Source of the DNA: Ectothiorhodospiraceae bacterium
GTDB lineage: Bacteria; Pseudomonadota; Gammaproteobacteria; Thiohalomonadales; Thiohalomonadaceae
Reading direction: 5' to 3'
Assembly (NCBI GenBank): GCA_041641735.1
Contig: JBEPXU010000001.1
Coordinates: 1-30,659 of the forward strand
DNA: 30,659 nt
Shown here: positions 1-9,443 of the stretch, piece by piece
How the letters are laid out: each line of letters starts with the position of its first letter
Position numbering within the stretch: position 1 is the first letter of the stretch
Translations under genes and position numbers: made by a program
Notes under the pieces: generated by a model
What the model was told of the DNA's origin: nothing
The model's database searches: none
What the model saw: the letters and a program-made list of their open reading frames with translations, nothing else

Positions 1-299
1 TGCTGGGCGAGAGCGATCTGGGCTGGGAGCTATCTCCCCTGATTCAGGGTGTCCCTGCTATGCACACCGCCAACACCTCCGCCATCGTCCAGGCGGCGGA
101 ACAGCTTACCGGTCACGACAGCGAGGCGGTGGCCTTCTGCACTGAGGGGCCGTACCTTAGCGAGATGGGCATGGAGACCCTGATCCTCGGACCCGGCGAT
201 ATCGCCCAGGCCCACCAGCCCGACGAGTTCCTGGCGCTGGATCGCCTGAACCCCACGGTCGAGCTGCTGAGACAGCTCATTGGCCGATTCTGCCTTTAG
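1..299 (+). CDS. argE: Acetylornithine deacetylase, C-terminal part (5' end outside the window)
   Basis: The frame is open from position 3 to TAG at 297-299. It carries M20/ArgE C-terminal motifs (FCTEGPYL, ILGPGDIAQAHQPDEFL) and lies directly upstream of argA. Confidence 0.85.
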   Translation, partial: LGESDLGWELSPLIQGVPAMHTANTSAIVQAAEQLTGHDSEAVAFCTEGPYLSEMGMETLILGPGDIAQAHQPDEFLALDRLNPTVELLRQLIGRFCL

Positions 300-410
300 A
301 AGAACCTGCAACTACTTGTCGGCAAAACAGTTTTTAGCTTGTTTTGCTTGCCACGACATGGACATAAACGGAAAATAGCCCCATAAACCCTGAACAGGCC
401 TGACAAAAAC

Positions 411-1733
411 ATGGACCCAAGCCTCGACCCACAGACCTTTGTACGCTGGTTTCGCGACTCCTCGCCCTACATCAACGCGTTTCGCGGGCGAACCTTCGTC
501 GTCGCCTTCGGCGGCGAGGTGATTGCCGAGGAGCAGTTTGCCAACCTGGTACACGATATTGCCCTGCTCAACAGCCTGGGTGTCCGTCTGGTGCTGGTTC
601 ATGGCGCTCGCCCGCAGATCGAGCAACGACTGAAAGAGCGTGATGTGGAGATGCAGTACGACAACGGCCTGCGGGTGACCGATGCTACAGCCCTGGCCTG
701 CGTCAAGGAGGCCAGTGGCGCGGTACGAGTCGAGATCGAGGCCCTGCTCTCCATGGGACTGTCCAATTCTCCTATGGCTGGAGCAGACATCCGCGTCACT
801 TCGGGGAATTTCGTCACCGCGCAGCCACTGGGAATCCGCGAGGGTGTGGACTACCTGCACACTGGCGAGGTTAGGCGTATCGACACGGCGGCAATCAATC
901 GCCAGCTTGGCGAAGGGGCCATCGTACTGCTCTCTCCTATCGGCTACTCCCCTACCGGCGAAGTCTTTAATTTAAGTGCCGAGGATGTGGCCACGGCTGC
1001 GGCGATTCAGCTCCAGGCGGACAAACTCGTGTACCTGGTCGATGGCAGCGGGCTGCAGATGGATGACGGCACCCTGATTCGGGAACTCAATCTCAACGAG
1101 GCGGACAGCTTTCTGGCGGAAAAGAGCGATCTGCCGGAAGCCATCGCCAAAAGCCTGTTCAGTGCCATCTTTGCCTGCCGCAACCGTGTGGGCCGTGCCC
1201 ACCTTATCAATCGGCATGTGGATGGCTCGTTGTTAATGGAGCTGTTTACCCGCGACGGGGTCGGAACCCTGATCAGTGGCGAGACCTTCGAAGATATTCG
1301 CCAGGCTACCATCGACGATGTCGGCGGGGTACTGGAGCTGATTGAGCCGCTGGAACAGGAGGGGGTGCTGGTACGGCGTGATCGGGAACGCCTGGAGGTG
1401 GAGATCGACCACTTCACCGTCATCGAGCGTGACGGTACGGTCATCGCCTGTGCCGCCCTCTACCCCTTTCCTGACGACGGTTGCGGTGAACTGGCCTGTC
1501 TCGCCGTCCACCCCGACTACCGTAAGCAGGGGCGTGGCGATGACCTGCTGGAGTACATCGAACGCAAGGCCAGGGGTATGGAGATCAAGCGTCTGTTCGT
1601 CCTCACCACGCGTACGGCCCACTGGTTCCGTGAGCGAGGTTTCAATGAAGCCCAGCTTGATGACCTGCCCATGAAACGCCAGGAGCTGTATAACTATCAG
1701 CGGCGTTCCAAGGTCTTTATAAAGTCGTTTTAA
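411..1733 (+). CDS. argA: Amino-acid N-acetyltransferase (N-acetylglutamate synthase), AAK + GNAT domains
   Basis: 440 aa. Motifs FVRWFRDSSPYINAFRGRTFVVAFGGE and LVLVHGARPQI; C-terminal GNAT ELACLAVHPDYRKQGRGD; ends in YNYQRRSKVF. Confidence 0.97.
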   Translation: MDPSLDPQTFVRWFRDSSPYINAFRGRTFVVAFGGEVIAEEQFANLVHDIALLNSLGVRLVLVHGARPQIEQRLKERDVEMQYDNGLRVTDATALACVKEASGAVRVEIEALLSMGLSNSPMAGADIRVTSGNFVTAQPLGIREGVDYLHTGEVRRIDTAAINRQLGEGAIVLLSPIGYSPTGEVFNLSAEDVATAAAIQLQADKLVYLVDGSGLQMDDGTLIRELNLNEADSFLAEKSDLPEAIAKSLFSAIFACRNRVGRAHLINRHVDGSLLMELFTRDGVGTLISGETFEDIRQATIDDVGGVLELIEPLEQEGVLVRRDRERLEVEIDHFTVIERDGTVIACAALYPFPDDGCGELACLAVHPDYRKQGRGDDLLEYIERKARGMEIKRLFVLTTRTAHWFRERGFNEAQLDDLPMKRQELYNYQRRSKVFIKSF

Positions 1734-2578
1734 TGGCCGGCAAGCAACGCAGAATCCAAAAGGCGACACCGGTCCGCCCATTTCTCAAGTGGGCCGGTAA
1801 CAAGTTCCGCATTCTGGAAAAGGTCAAAAAGCGCCTGCCCGCAGGGACGCGACTGGTGGAGCCGTTTGCCGGCTCGGGGGCAGTATTCCTCAATACCGAT
1901 TATGACCACTACCTGCTTTGCGACAGCAATCGCGATCTGATCGACCTTTATACCTTGTTAAAAGATGAGGGTGAGGCGTTTATTGAATACACCCAGGCGC
2001 TGTTCACCGACGCCAACAATCGGTCGGAGCGTTACTATGCGCTGCGCGAGGAGTTTAACCAGTGCGCCGAGCGCGAACGCCGTGCCGCCCTTTTCGTCTA
2101 TCTCAATCGCCACGGCTATAACGGTCTGTGCCGCTACAATGCCAGTGGTGGTTTCAATGTCCCGTTTGGTCGATACAAGCGCCCCTATTTCCCGGCACGG
2201 GAGATGCTCGCCTTCCACAAAAGGGCACAGCACGCCCAGTTTCGCCATCAGGACTTCGCTGCCACCCTGCAGCAGTCACGCCAGGGGGATGTGATCTATT
2301 GTGACCCACCCTATGTGCCTCTGAGCGCCTCGGCAAACTTTACCAGTTACAGTGCGGGGGGATTTGGACTGGAACAACAAACGGAACTTGCCCTGCTCTC
2401 GGAACAGGCCGCAGCAAGGGGCATCCCGGTACTCATCTCCAACCACAATACCGCTTTTGCCCGTAACATCTACAGCAACGCACGTCTGCACCGTTTCTTT
2501 GTGCAGCGTTATATCAGCTGTCAGGGGAAAACCCGCAACAAGGCCGGAGAACTACTTGCCCTCTATGCTTGTGCCTGA
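1733..2578 (+). CDS. dam: DNA adenine methylase (Dam family, N6-adenine, probably GATC)
   Basis: 281 aa. FLKWAGNK, motif I LVEPFAGSGAVF, YLNRHGYNGLCRYN..G.FNVPFG and catalytic DPPY. The start overlaps the argA stop (TAATG). Confidence 0.93.
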   Translation: MAGKQRRIQKATPVRPFLKWAGNKFRILEKVKKRLPAGTRLVEPFAGSGAVFLNTDYDHYLLCDSNRDLIDLYTLLKDEGEAFIEYTQALFTDANNRSERYYALREEFNQCAERERRAALFVYLNRHGYNGLCRYNASGGFNVPFGRYKRPYFPAREMLAFHKRAQHAQFRHQDFAATLQQSRQGDVIYCDPPYVPLSASANFTSYSAGGFGLEQQTELALLSEQAAARGIPVLISNHNTAFARNIYSNARLHRFFVQRYISCQGKTRNKAGELLALYACA

Positions 2579-2598
2579 GGGATGATTTCACTTGGCCG

Positions 2599-4863
2599 TT
2601 ATCTGCCGGCACGAATCAGGCCGCCCAGCCCTTTTTTCTCAAGCGCCTTTTCCAGGAAATAACGGATCGCCTGAGGATCCTCCATCTCGAGCGCCTTATT
2701 CAACAGGGTCTTGGCATGGCGGCGACTGAAACTGCGCACCACCCATTTGATCCGTAGCAGGCTGGAGGCACTCATGCTCAGGCTGTTGATCCCGAGCCCA
2801 AGCAGCAGCAGTGCCGCAACCGGGTCACCGGCCATTTCGCCACAGACGCTAACCGGCACCTTGTGCCTTTTGGCCCCCTCGACCACCATCTGCAATGCCG
2901 CGATCACCGCCGGATGGATGGAATCATAAAGGTCGGCCACCCGTGAATTGTTGCGATCCACCGCCAGCAGGTACTGGGTAAGGTCATTACTGCCGACGGA
3001 GATAAAATCTACGCGCCGGGCCAGTGGCGCGATCTGATAGATAAGCGAAGGCACCTCCACCATCGCCCCGACCTTAGGCAGGGTGACCGCCTCTCCCTCC
3101 TCCAGCAACTCCTCATAAGCGCGGTGAATCAGTGCCAGGGCCTCATCCACTTCGGAGAGGGTACTGATCATCGGCAACAGCAGTTGCAGGTTCTCCAGCC
3201 CGACCGCGGCCTTGAGCATCGCCCGGATCTGCACCAGGAATATCTCCGGATGATCCAGGGTAATGCGGATCCCGCGCCAACCCAGGAACGGGTTATCCTC
3301 GTCGATAGGAAAATAGGGCAGCGCCTTATCCCCACCGACATCGAGGGTACGCATCGTCACCGGGCGCGGTGTAAAGGCCTCCAGTACCTGTCGGTAGACC
3401 TGGCGCTGCTCCTCCTCACCGGGGAAACGGTCTCGTACCATAAACGGGAACTCGGTTCGGTACAGCCCAACCCCTTCCGCACCGCTTTCGATCGAAGGTC
3501 GAATATCGGATATCAGGCCGGTATTGGCATAGAGCGGGACATGGACTCCGTCTGTCGTGACGGCCTCCTTGTCACGCAGCTCCTGGAGCTCCTTGGTCAG
3601 CTCCTTCTCTTCCCTCTGGAGCCTGCGGTACTCCCGTTTTACCTCTTTGGTTGCTGCCACATAGACACGACCGGAATAACCATCGGCAATGATCTCACGA
3701 TCATTGATCCGGCCGACCGGCATATCGTCCACACCCAGCACGGCCGGAATCCCCAGCGCCCGTGCGAGGATCGCGGTATGGGATGTACTGGAACCCCGCA
3801 CGGAAACCACACCAACCAACCGCTTGGCAGGCACCTCTGCCAGCATCGAGGCGGTGATCTCCTCTCCCACCAGAATGGTTTTCTTCGGATAAGTCGCCGT
3901 ATTGACCTTGCCCTGCTGCAGCTGCAGCAGGATGCGGCGCCCAAGGTCCCTGACATCCTCGGCACGTTCGCGCAGATAGGGGTCGTCCATTTCGCTAAAG
4001 ACACGGATATGCTCTTTCACCGTCTCCCGAAGTGCCCCCGGCGCCCAGTTACCGGCACGGATACGCTCAGTGACCTCCCCAATCAGGCTGTCGCTGTCGA
4101 GCATCATCAGGTAGGCATCGAACAGGGCACTGTCGGCGGCAGGTAACACATCGCTGATGTTATCCACCATCGTACGCACATCCTGCTTCACCCGGCTCAC
4201 CGCATCGAGGAAGCGCTCCTGTTCCATCACGACATCATCAACATGGCGATCCGACACATCTTCCACATCAATGTGGGCATGAACTGCCACGGCACGCCCG
4301 ATGGCCACACCCGGGGCACCGGGCAGCCCCTGCAGCGGATAGCCATCAAAGTGGCGTTCGGTCTGTAGTCCATCAATACCGCCACTGACCTCCGCATGGG
4401 CAATGGCCCCTGCCAGTTGTGCGGCAATGGTCACTAGCAGGGTGACGATATCCTCGTCATAGCGGTATTCGGCGTGCTGTTGTAACACCAGCACACCCAA
4501 GACCTTGCGATGATGAATGATCGGAACACCGAGGAAGGCGTGATACCACTCCTCACCGGTTTCAGCGAAGTAACGGTAACGGGGATGATCCGGTGCGTTA
4601 TCCAGGTTCAGCGGTTCTGCCCGCTGGGCCACCAGGCCCACCAGCCCCTCATCGAAACCCAGACGAACATAACCGACCGACTCAGGCAACAGGCCATCAC
4701 TGGCCATCAGAACGAGTTCACCCGTGTCCTGGTCCACCAGATAGATAGAACAGACGTCGACCAGCAGGGCGGTTTTCATCCGCTCTACAATCAGTGACAG
4801 TGCCTGATCCAGGTTTCGGGCAGCATTCACCTCTGTGACGATGCTGCGCAGAATATCGAGCAT
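2599..4863 (-). CDS. ptsP: Phosphoenolpyruvate-protein phosphotransferase EI(Ntr), GAF + enzyme I domains
   Basis: 754 aa. N-terminal GAF domain, phospho-His motif GSSTSHTAILAR, GLYRTEF, MRTLDVGGDK, NPFLGWRGIR, FISVGSNDLTQY and CGEMAG. Downstream of rppH, the usual arrangement. Confidence 0.97.
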   Translation of the reverse strand: MLDILRSIVTEVNAARNLDQALSLIVERMKTALLVDVCSIYLVDQDTGELVLMASDGLLPESVGYVRLGFDEGLVGLVAQRAEPLNLDNAPDHPRYRYFAETGEEWYHAFLGVPIIHHRKVLGVLVLQQHAEYRYDEDIVTLLVTIAAQLAGAIAHAEVSGGIDGLQTERHFDGYPLQGLPGAPGVAIGRAVAVHAHIDVEDVSDRHVDDVVMEQERFLDAVSRVKQDVRTMVDNISDVLPAADSALFDAYLMMLDSDSLIGEVTERIRAGNWAPGALRETVKEHIRVFSEMDDPYLRERAEDVRDLGRRILLQLQQGKVNTATYPKKTILVGEEITASMLAEVPAKRLVGVVSVRGSSTSHTAILARALGIPAVLGVDDMPVGRINDREIIADGYSGRVYVAATKEVKREYRRLQREEKELTKELQELRDKEAVTTDGVHVPLYANTGLISDIRPSIESGAEGVGLYRTEFPFMVRDRFPGEEEQRQVYRQVLEAFTPRPVTMRTLDVGGDKALPYFPIDEDNPFLGWRGIRITLDHPEIFLVQIRAMLKAAVGLENLQLLLPMISTLSEVDEALALIHRAYEELLEEGEAVTLPKVGAMVEVPSLIYQIAPLARRVDFISVGSNDLTQYLLAVDRNNSRVADLYDSIHPAVIAALQMVVEGAKRHKVPVSVCGEMAGDPVAALLLLGLGINSLSMSASSLLRIKWVVRSFSRRHAKTLLNKALEMEDPQAIRYFLEKALEKKGLGGLIRAGR

Positions 4864-4915
4864 GCAGCTTCCCTTGCTCTAAATAGCAAATGTTAAGAAA
4901 ATCGAACGAAGAAAA

Positions 4916-5455
4916 TCAGGAGTGACGGCGACGAGACAGTCGCGCCCTATTACGCATGTCCCGCCTCCCGGAAGCCCCTTTTTCCGGAAACAGCGCTCTC
5001 TCCAACTCCTGTAATGCTTTTTTATATACCTGGCGCTTAAAGAAGACGATCTCCTTTAGTGGTTGCCAATAGTCGACCCAGCGCCACTCATCAAATTCCG
5101 GCTTCTCACTCAGGTCCAGTCGTACCACTTCGTCTTGCGCCAGGAGGCGTAATATAAACCAACGCTGTTTTTGCCCGATGCACACCGGTTTACTGTTAAA
5201 CCGGATAAAGCGCTTCGGCAGCCGGTAGCGTAACCAGCCCCGGGTGGAGGCGATAATCTCCACATGTTCCGGGCCAAGACCAACCTCCTCGCGAAGTTCG
5301 CGATAGAGGGCCTCTTCCGGGCTTTCATTTCGCTTGATCCCGCCCTGGGGAAACTGCCAGGAATCCTGTCCGAGGCGCCGCGCCCATAATACGCGCCCCT
5401 CCCGATTACACAGGATGATCCCAACATTTGCCCGATATCCTTGGGAATCAATCAC
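4916..5455 (-). CDS. rppH: RNA pyrophosphohydrolase (Nudix)
   Basis: GTG start. [15 protein letters not shown], Nudix box [37 protein letters not shown] and FKRQVY. Confidence 0.97.
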   Translation of the reverse strand: MIDSQGYRANVGIILCNREGRVLWARRLGQDSWQFPQGGIKRNESPEEALYRELREEVGLGPEHVEIIASTRGWLRYRLPKRFIRFNSKPVCIGQKQRWFILRLLAQDEVVRLDLSEKPEFDEWRWVDYWQPLKEIVFFKRQVYKKALQELERALFPEKGASGRRDMRNRARLSRRRHS

Positions 5456-5616
5456 TTATCACGCCACTCTTGATTATCTATCTAATGATTCTTCCACAAA
5501 CTCCTATATTTGGGCAAATCTGTCAGATACAAACCCTACCTTCATGGCAGAAGGCTTTTCGTTCCAGCATACGGCCAGTATCATGTCTTCTTTTGCATGA
5601 GATGGGGAACAAGACC

Positions 5617-6270
5617 TTGAGGCTGGCAATCTTTGACCTGGATAACACCCTGCTCGGGGGCGACAGTGACTACCTGTGGGGCCGCTTTCTTGTCGAGCAC
5701 GACATTGTCGATGCCGAACACTACGAAAGGGAAAACCAGCGCTTTTACGATGAGTACAAATCCGGCCAGCTGGATATCTTTGAGTTCCTTCGCTTCAGTC
5801 TCCGCCCCCTTGCCGAACATGACATGGCGAGCCTCAACCACTGGCACCAGCAGTTCATGCAGAAAAAAATAGAGCCGATAATGCTACCAAAAGCTGCAAA
5901 ACTGCTACAAAAGCACCGGAATGAAGGCGATTTCCTCCTCATCATCACAGCCACCAACCGCTTCGTCACCGGCCCCATTGCCGAAGCTCTGGGCGTCGAC
6001 GATATTCTGGCAACCGAACCGGAAATCATTAACGGCCGTTACACCGGCGAGGTCGAGGGTATTCCCTGCTTCCAGGAGGGAAAGGTCAAACGGCTGGAAC
6101 AGTGGCTGGCGAAGACCGGTCATAACCTGCAGGACAGCTGGTTCTACAGTGACTCCCACAATGACCTGCCGCTGCTTGAGCGCGTGACCAATCCCGTAGC
6201 CGTCGATGCCGACGAGACCTTGAGCGAACATGCCAGAGTGAAGGGCTGGCAACAGCTCAGCCTGCGTTAG
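5617..6270 (+). CDS. HAD-IB family hydrolase (probable histidinol-phosphate phosphatase of the Pseudomonas HAD type)
   Basis: Motif I FDLDNTL, motif II ITAT, K in QEGKV, motif IV FYSDSHNDLPLL. Start reassigned to TTG 5617 (GGGGA 8 nt upstream); ATG 5602 is an alternative. Divergent from rppH. The substrate is inferred only. Confidence 0.85.
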   Translation: MRLAIFDLDNTLLGGDSDYLWGRFLVEHDIVDAEHYERENQRFYDEYKSGQLDIFEFLRFSLRPLAEHDMASLNHWHQQFMQKKIEPIMLPKAAKLLQKHRNEGDFLLIITATNRFVTGPIAEALGVDDILATEPEIINGRYTGEVEGIPCFQEGKVKRLEQWLAKTGHNLQDSWFYSDSHNDLPLLERVTNPVAVDADETLSEHARVKGWQQLSLR

Positions 6271-6285
6271 GCGAACCGCCGCCCC

Positions 6286-7254
6286 ATGCGCCCTCTGCCG
6301 CTCCTGCTACTGCTCGCCCTCATCACCCTGCTGGGTCTTGTGGTAGCCCTGGGGACGGGCAGTGTTTCCATTACACCCGCAGAGCTGTGGCTGAGCCTCA
6401 GCGGCCAACATCAGGGGCTTGCCAGCGAACTGCTCTTTAACCTGCGACTTCCCCGCGCCCTGGCTGCCTTCGCCGTCGGCGGTATGCTGGCCCTTGCCGG
6501 GGCACAGATGCAGGTACTGCTGGGTAATCCTCTGGCCGACCCCTATATCCTCGGCACTTCGGGCGGCGCTGCCGTCGGCGCATTGCTCGCCATGCTCCTG
6601 GGTGCCGCAACGCTGGAGGTGAATCTCGCGGCCCTGGCAGGGGCTCTCGGCTCGATGTTCCTGGTATTCGGGCTGGCACGCGGTGCAGGCGTCTGGTCCA
6701 CAACCCGCCTGTTGCTCACCGGCGTTGTGGTCGCCGCAGGCTGGGGGGCCATCATCAGTTTTCTGCTCTCCGTCGCGCCACAGGAGAACCTGCCCGGCAT
6801 GCTTTTCTGGCTAATGGGGGATCTGGCCCATAACGACACACCCTGGGCCGGCCTTATTATCCTGCTCCTGGCATTGCTGTTCACTCTTCCCTCCGCGCGC
6901 AGTCTCAACCTCCTTGCCCGTGGTGAGCAGCAGGCCGCGGTGCTTGGTGTTGGTGTCGTGGCATTGCGCCTCCAACTCTACCTCAGCGCCTCGCTGCTCA
7001 CAGCAACCGCTGTCGCTATTGCTGGCAGTGTCGGTTTCGTCGGCCTGGTCGTTCCCCACCTGTTGCGGTTGTTGATCGGCAGCGACCATCGCTGGCTCCT
7101 ACCCGCCTCGGTCCTGGGAGGCGGCAGCCTGTTGTTATTTGCCGACACACTGGCGCGCACCCTCTTTGCCCCGCAGCAGTTACCGGTAGGAGTGTTGACC
7201 GCTTTGCTGGGCGTGCCGATTTTTCTCTTTTTGCTTCAACGGGGGGAGAAGTAA
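6286..7254 (+). CDS. btuC: FecCD/BtuC-family ABC permease, probably cobalamin import
   Basis: 322 aa, highly hydrophobic. LRLPR, NPLADPYILG, GSVGFVGLVVPH and DTLART. The B12 substrate is inferred from the cob neighbourhood. Confidence 0.8.
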   Translation: MRPLPLLLLLALITLLGLVVALGTGSVSITPAELWLSLSGQHQGLASELLFNLRLPRALAAFAVGGMLALAGAQMQVLLGNPLADPYILGTSGGAAVGALLAMLLGAATLEVNLAALAGALGSMFLVFGLARGAGVWSTTRLLLTGVVVAAGWGAIISFLLSVAPQENLPGMLFWLMGDLAHNDTPWAGLIILLLALLFTLPSARSLNLLARGEQQAAVLGVGVVALRLQLYLSASLLTATAVAIAGSVGFVGLVVPHLLRLLIGSDHRWLLPASVLGGGSLLLFADTLARTLFAPQQLPVGVLTALLGVPIFLFLLQRGEK

Positions 7255-8018
7255 TGGGTTTGCTCGAAGCCAAACAAATCAGCTTTGGCGTTAGCAAGCG
7301 CTTACTTTGTAAAGAGCTGGATATCACTCTGAACGCTGGCGAGTGCTGGGGTGTGTTGGGGCCAAACGGCAGTGGCAAAACCACCCTGCTGCATACGCTG
7401 ACCGGGCTGCACCCCTTGCAGGAGGGTGAGGTTACCTTACAGGGACAGCCGATTAACGAAATGACGCGTCGCACCATCGCCCGGCAACTCGGGCTGTTGC
7501 TGCAGGACAGCCATGATCCTTTTCCCGCAACGGTTTGGGAGACTGCCCTTAGTGGGCGCCACCCCCACATCGGCCGCTGGCAGTCAGAGACCGAACAAGA
7601 CTGGCAGATCGCCCTTGATGCCCTGCAACAGATGCAGTTGGATGACATGGTTTCTCGCCAGGTACAAACACTCTCTGGCGGCGAACGACGCCGCCTGGCC
7701 TTCGCGACACTTCTGACCCAGCGCCCACCTATGATGTTACTGGATGAACCCCTTAATCATCTGGACCTGCGCCATCAACAACTCTTGCTCAAGAGAGTGG
7801 CGGAGCGATGCCGCAACGGACATGGTGCAGTTATGGTCCTGCATGACCCGAATCAGGCCATGCACCACTGCGACAGGATTCTGTTACTGACAGGAGATGG
7901 GAGTTGGCAGCAGGGGGAGAGCCGTGAATTATTGACAAGTGAGCGGCTCAGTGAGCTATATGGCTGCCGAATCGAGAGTGTCGAGCTGGAGGGGCGACGC
8001 TGGTTTCAATACCTCTAG
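7254..8018 (+). CDS. btuD: ABC transporter ATP-binding subunit (BtuD/FecE-like)
   Basis: Walker A GPNGSGKT, signature LSGGE, Walker B LLDEP and H-switch VLHD. TAATG overlap with the permease. Confidence 0.8.
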   Translation: MGLLEAKQISFGVSKRLLCKELDITLNAGECWGVLGPNGSGKTTLLHTLTGLHPLQEGEVTLQGQPINEMTRRTIARQLGLLLQDSHDPFPATVWETALSGRHPHIGRWQSETEQDWQIALDALQQMQLDDMVSRQVQTLSGGERRRLAFATLLTQRPPMMLLDEPLNHLDLRHQQLLLKRVAERCRNGHGAVMVLHDPNQAMHHCDRILLLTGDGSWQQGESRELLTSERLSELYGCRIESVELEGRRWFQYL

Positions 8019-8029
8019 GTAGTCGGGCC

Positions 8030-8770
8030 TTACTCCTGTTCAATCCACCGAATGAGCTTGTCCCACTGCTGGCGGTCATGGCGGATTTTATACCCCTGCC
8101 ACTCATGGATCCCCAAACCTTCCTCGGAAGAACGGACGTAATTCTGGGTATCCCGCAGATGGGTCACAAAGGGGATGTTCAGCGAGTCGAGGAAACGCTG
8201 CAGCGACTGGAAGACACGGGTCTCCTTACGCACCCGGTTAGCTACCACACCGACCCGTATCGAGCGCGAGCGTACCTTAGCAACCAGTAACAGATCCTTG
8301 ATGAAATGCGAGGCCGCGTGAATATCGATCGGTGATGGCAGAACTGGAACGATAATCGTGTCCGACTCGCGCACCATGTCGATGAGAGGCATGCCATGGA
8401 TCCCCGCCGGTGCATCGAGAATCAGCCGTTCCGTCTCGGCAGGGAGGCGCATCTGCCAGCTACGGGTCATGCCTGAGGTAGGCTTACGAAAGGCGGCAAC
8501 CCCATGGATCGCCTGATGCTCATCCGCGCGAAGGGCCAGCCACTGCATGCTGGAGCCCTGGGGATCGTAATCGAGCAGCGCAGCATGCTGCCCCTGAGAG
8601 GCGTAATAACTGGCAAGGTTGGTCGCAATCGTCGTCTTGCCGCACCCCCCCTTGGCGTTGACGACCAGCACCCGACGCACACTCTGGCTTCTGGCGACAG
8701 CAGTCGGCACAACACTACCCGTCGGGAGCGTCTTCACTCTGCCACTGTTTTGCTGATCGATGCACTGCAT
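8030..8770 (-). CDS. ParA/MinD-family ATPase (orphan, no parB)
   Basis: Deviant Walker A NAKGGCGKTT, DYDPQGS, ILDAP and IIVPVLPSPID. Start set at ATG 8770 after an SD-like GAGGTGG. Confidence 0.85.
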   Translation of the reverse strand: MQCIDQQNSGRVKTLPTGSVVPTAVARSQSVRRVLVVNAKGGCGKTTIATNLASYYASQGQHAALLDYDPQGSSMQWLALRADEHQAIHGVAAFRKPTSGMTRSWQMRLPAETERLILDAPAGIHGMPLIDMVRESDTIIVPVLPSPIDIHAASHFIKDLLLVAKVRSRSIRVGVVANRVRKETRVFQSLQRFLDSLNIPFVTHLRDTQNYVRSSEEGLGIHEWQGYKIRHDRQQWDKLIRWIEQE

Positions 8771-9070
8771 GACGGTTACCACCTCTTAAAGCACATAGCA
8801 GTCATTCCTCCCGATCGGAGAAAACCATAAATCCTACTATTTGCCAGAACATAACTATTATAACAATAAGTTATGAGCTTTAATCAATGTTCAACTTTAA
8901 GTTTAGCGCCTTTTTTGAGTTTTACCATTTCACAGCAGATTAGACAAAACCGCTACCGACCAGGTCACACTTCAACAACACCTTCTCCCTGTACAATCTG
9001 GATGAGTCATTTTAGAGGGGGAAATAATACTTATAATCAATGTGTTACAGAATACTTCCATGCATTTGTA

Positions 9071-9099
9071 TTGACACCCGGAACACATGGAATTAATGT
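9071..9099 (+). promoter_or_regulatory. Sigma70-type promoter for the riboswitch/btuB transcript
   Basis: TTGACA (9071-9076), 17-bp spacer, TAATGT (9094-9099). It ends 9 nt before the riboswitch P1 strand. Confidence 0.65.
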
Positions 9100-9104
9100 T
9101 GCCC

Positions 9105-9312
9105 GAGTTTCAGGTGTTCCAAGGAGAGCCCTCCGCGGAATGAAACGGGAAGTCGGTGCGTCCCCTGCATTCAGGAACCGGACAAGTCCGACGCTGCCCC
9201 CGCAACGGTAAGCGGTAAAAGCTCAATCTCTCGGCCACTGCGCCCCAGGCGCGGGAAGGCGATTGAGCCGGAATCACGATTCCATCCGCAAGCCCGGAGA
9301 CCGGCCTGAAGC
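9105..9312 (+). ncRNA. Cobalamin (AdoCbl-class, full-length) riboswitch aptamer
   Basis: P1 pairs TTCAGG (9109-9114) with CCTGAA (9305-9310). Conserved elements: AAACGGGAAGTCGGTG, CTGCCCCCGCAACGGT, GCCACTG...GGGAAGG and the B12-box AGCCCGGAGACCGGCC. Lies upstream of a TonB-dependent receptor. Confidence 0.95.
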
Positions 9313-9443
9313 AGACTTGCCAGTGCTGCGGTGGGCGGTATTCGGGTGCAAACTGAACGCAATATCTCTGTTTTCACTCCTCCTCTTCCCCCGCCACTGG
9401 TGCCAATACATCACTGCACGCGCGGGTGAGCGCAGAGGACCAC

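Noticed and set aside
322-347. GCAAAACA/TGTTTTGC inverted repeat between argE and argA as an ARG box or terminator
   Set aside because: It does not match the ArgR box consensus I know, the stem is AT-rich and weak, and there is no convincing U-tract.
3124-4146. 340-aa ORF on the plus strand
   Set aside because: Antisense shadow of ptsP; no motifs.
5428-5616. Long N-terminal extensions in the ORF track (HAD from 5428, binding protein from 12358, btuF from 21183, cobQ from 23058)
   Set aside because: They overlap neighbouring genes or promoter regions; family-like sequence begins at the downstream starts used here.
8030-8770. Calling the ParA-like gene cobyrinic acid a,c-diamide synthase (cobB/cbiA) because of its cob neighbours
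   Set aside because: Too short and lacks the glutaminase domain; it shares only the nucleotide-binding fold.
8825-8850. Sigma54 promoter for parA (TGGCA on the minus strand)
   Set aside because: The -12 TTGC element is absent at the required spacing.
8873-9211. 112-aa ORF in the AT-rich spacer
   Set aside because: It runs through the promoter and riboswitch, has atypical composition and has no SD.
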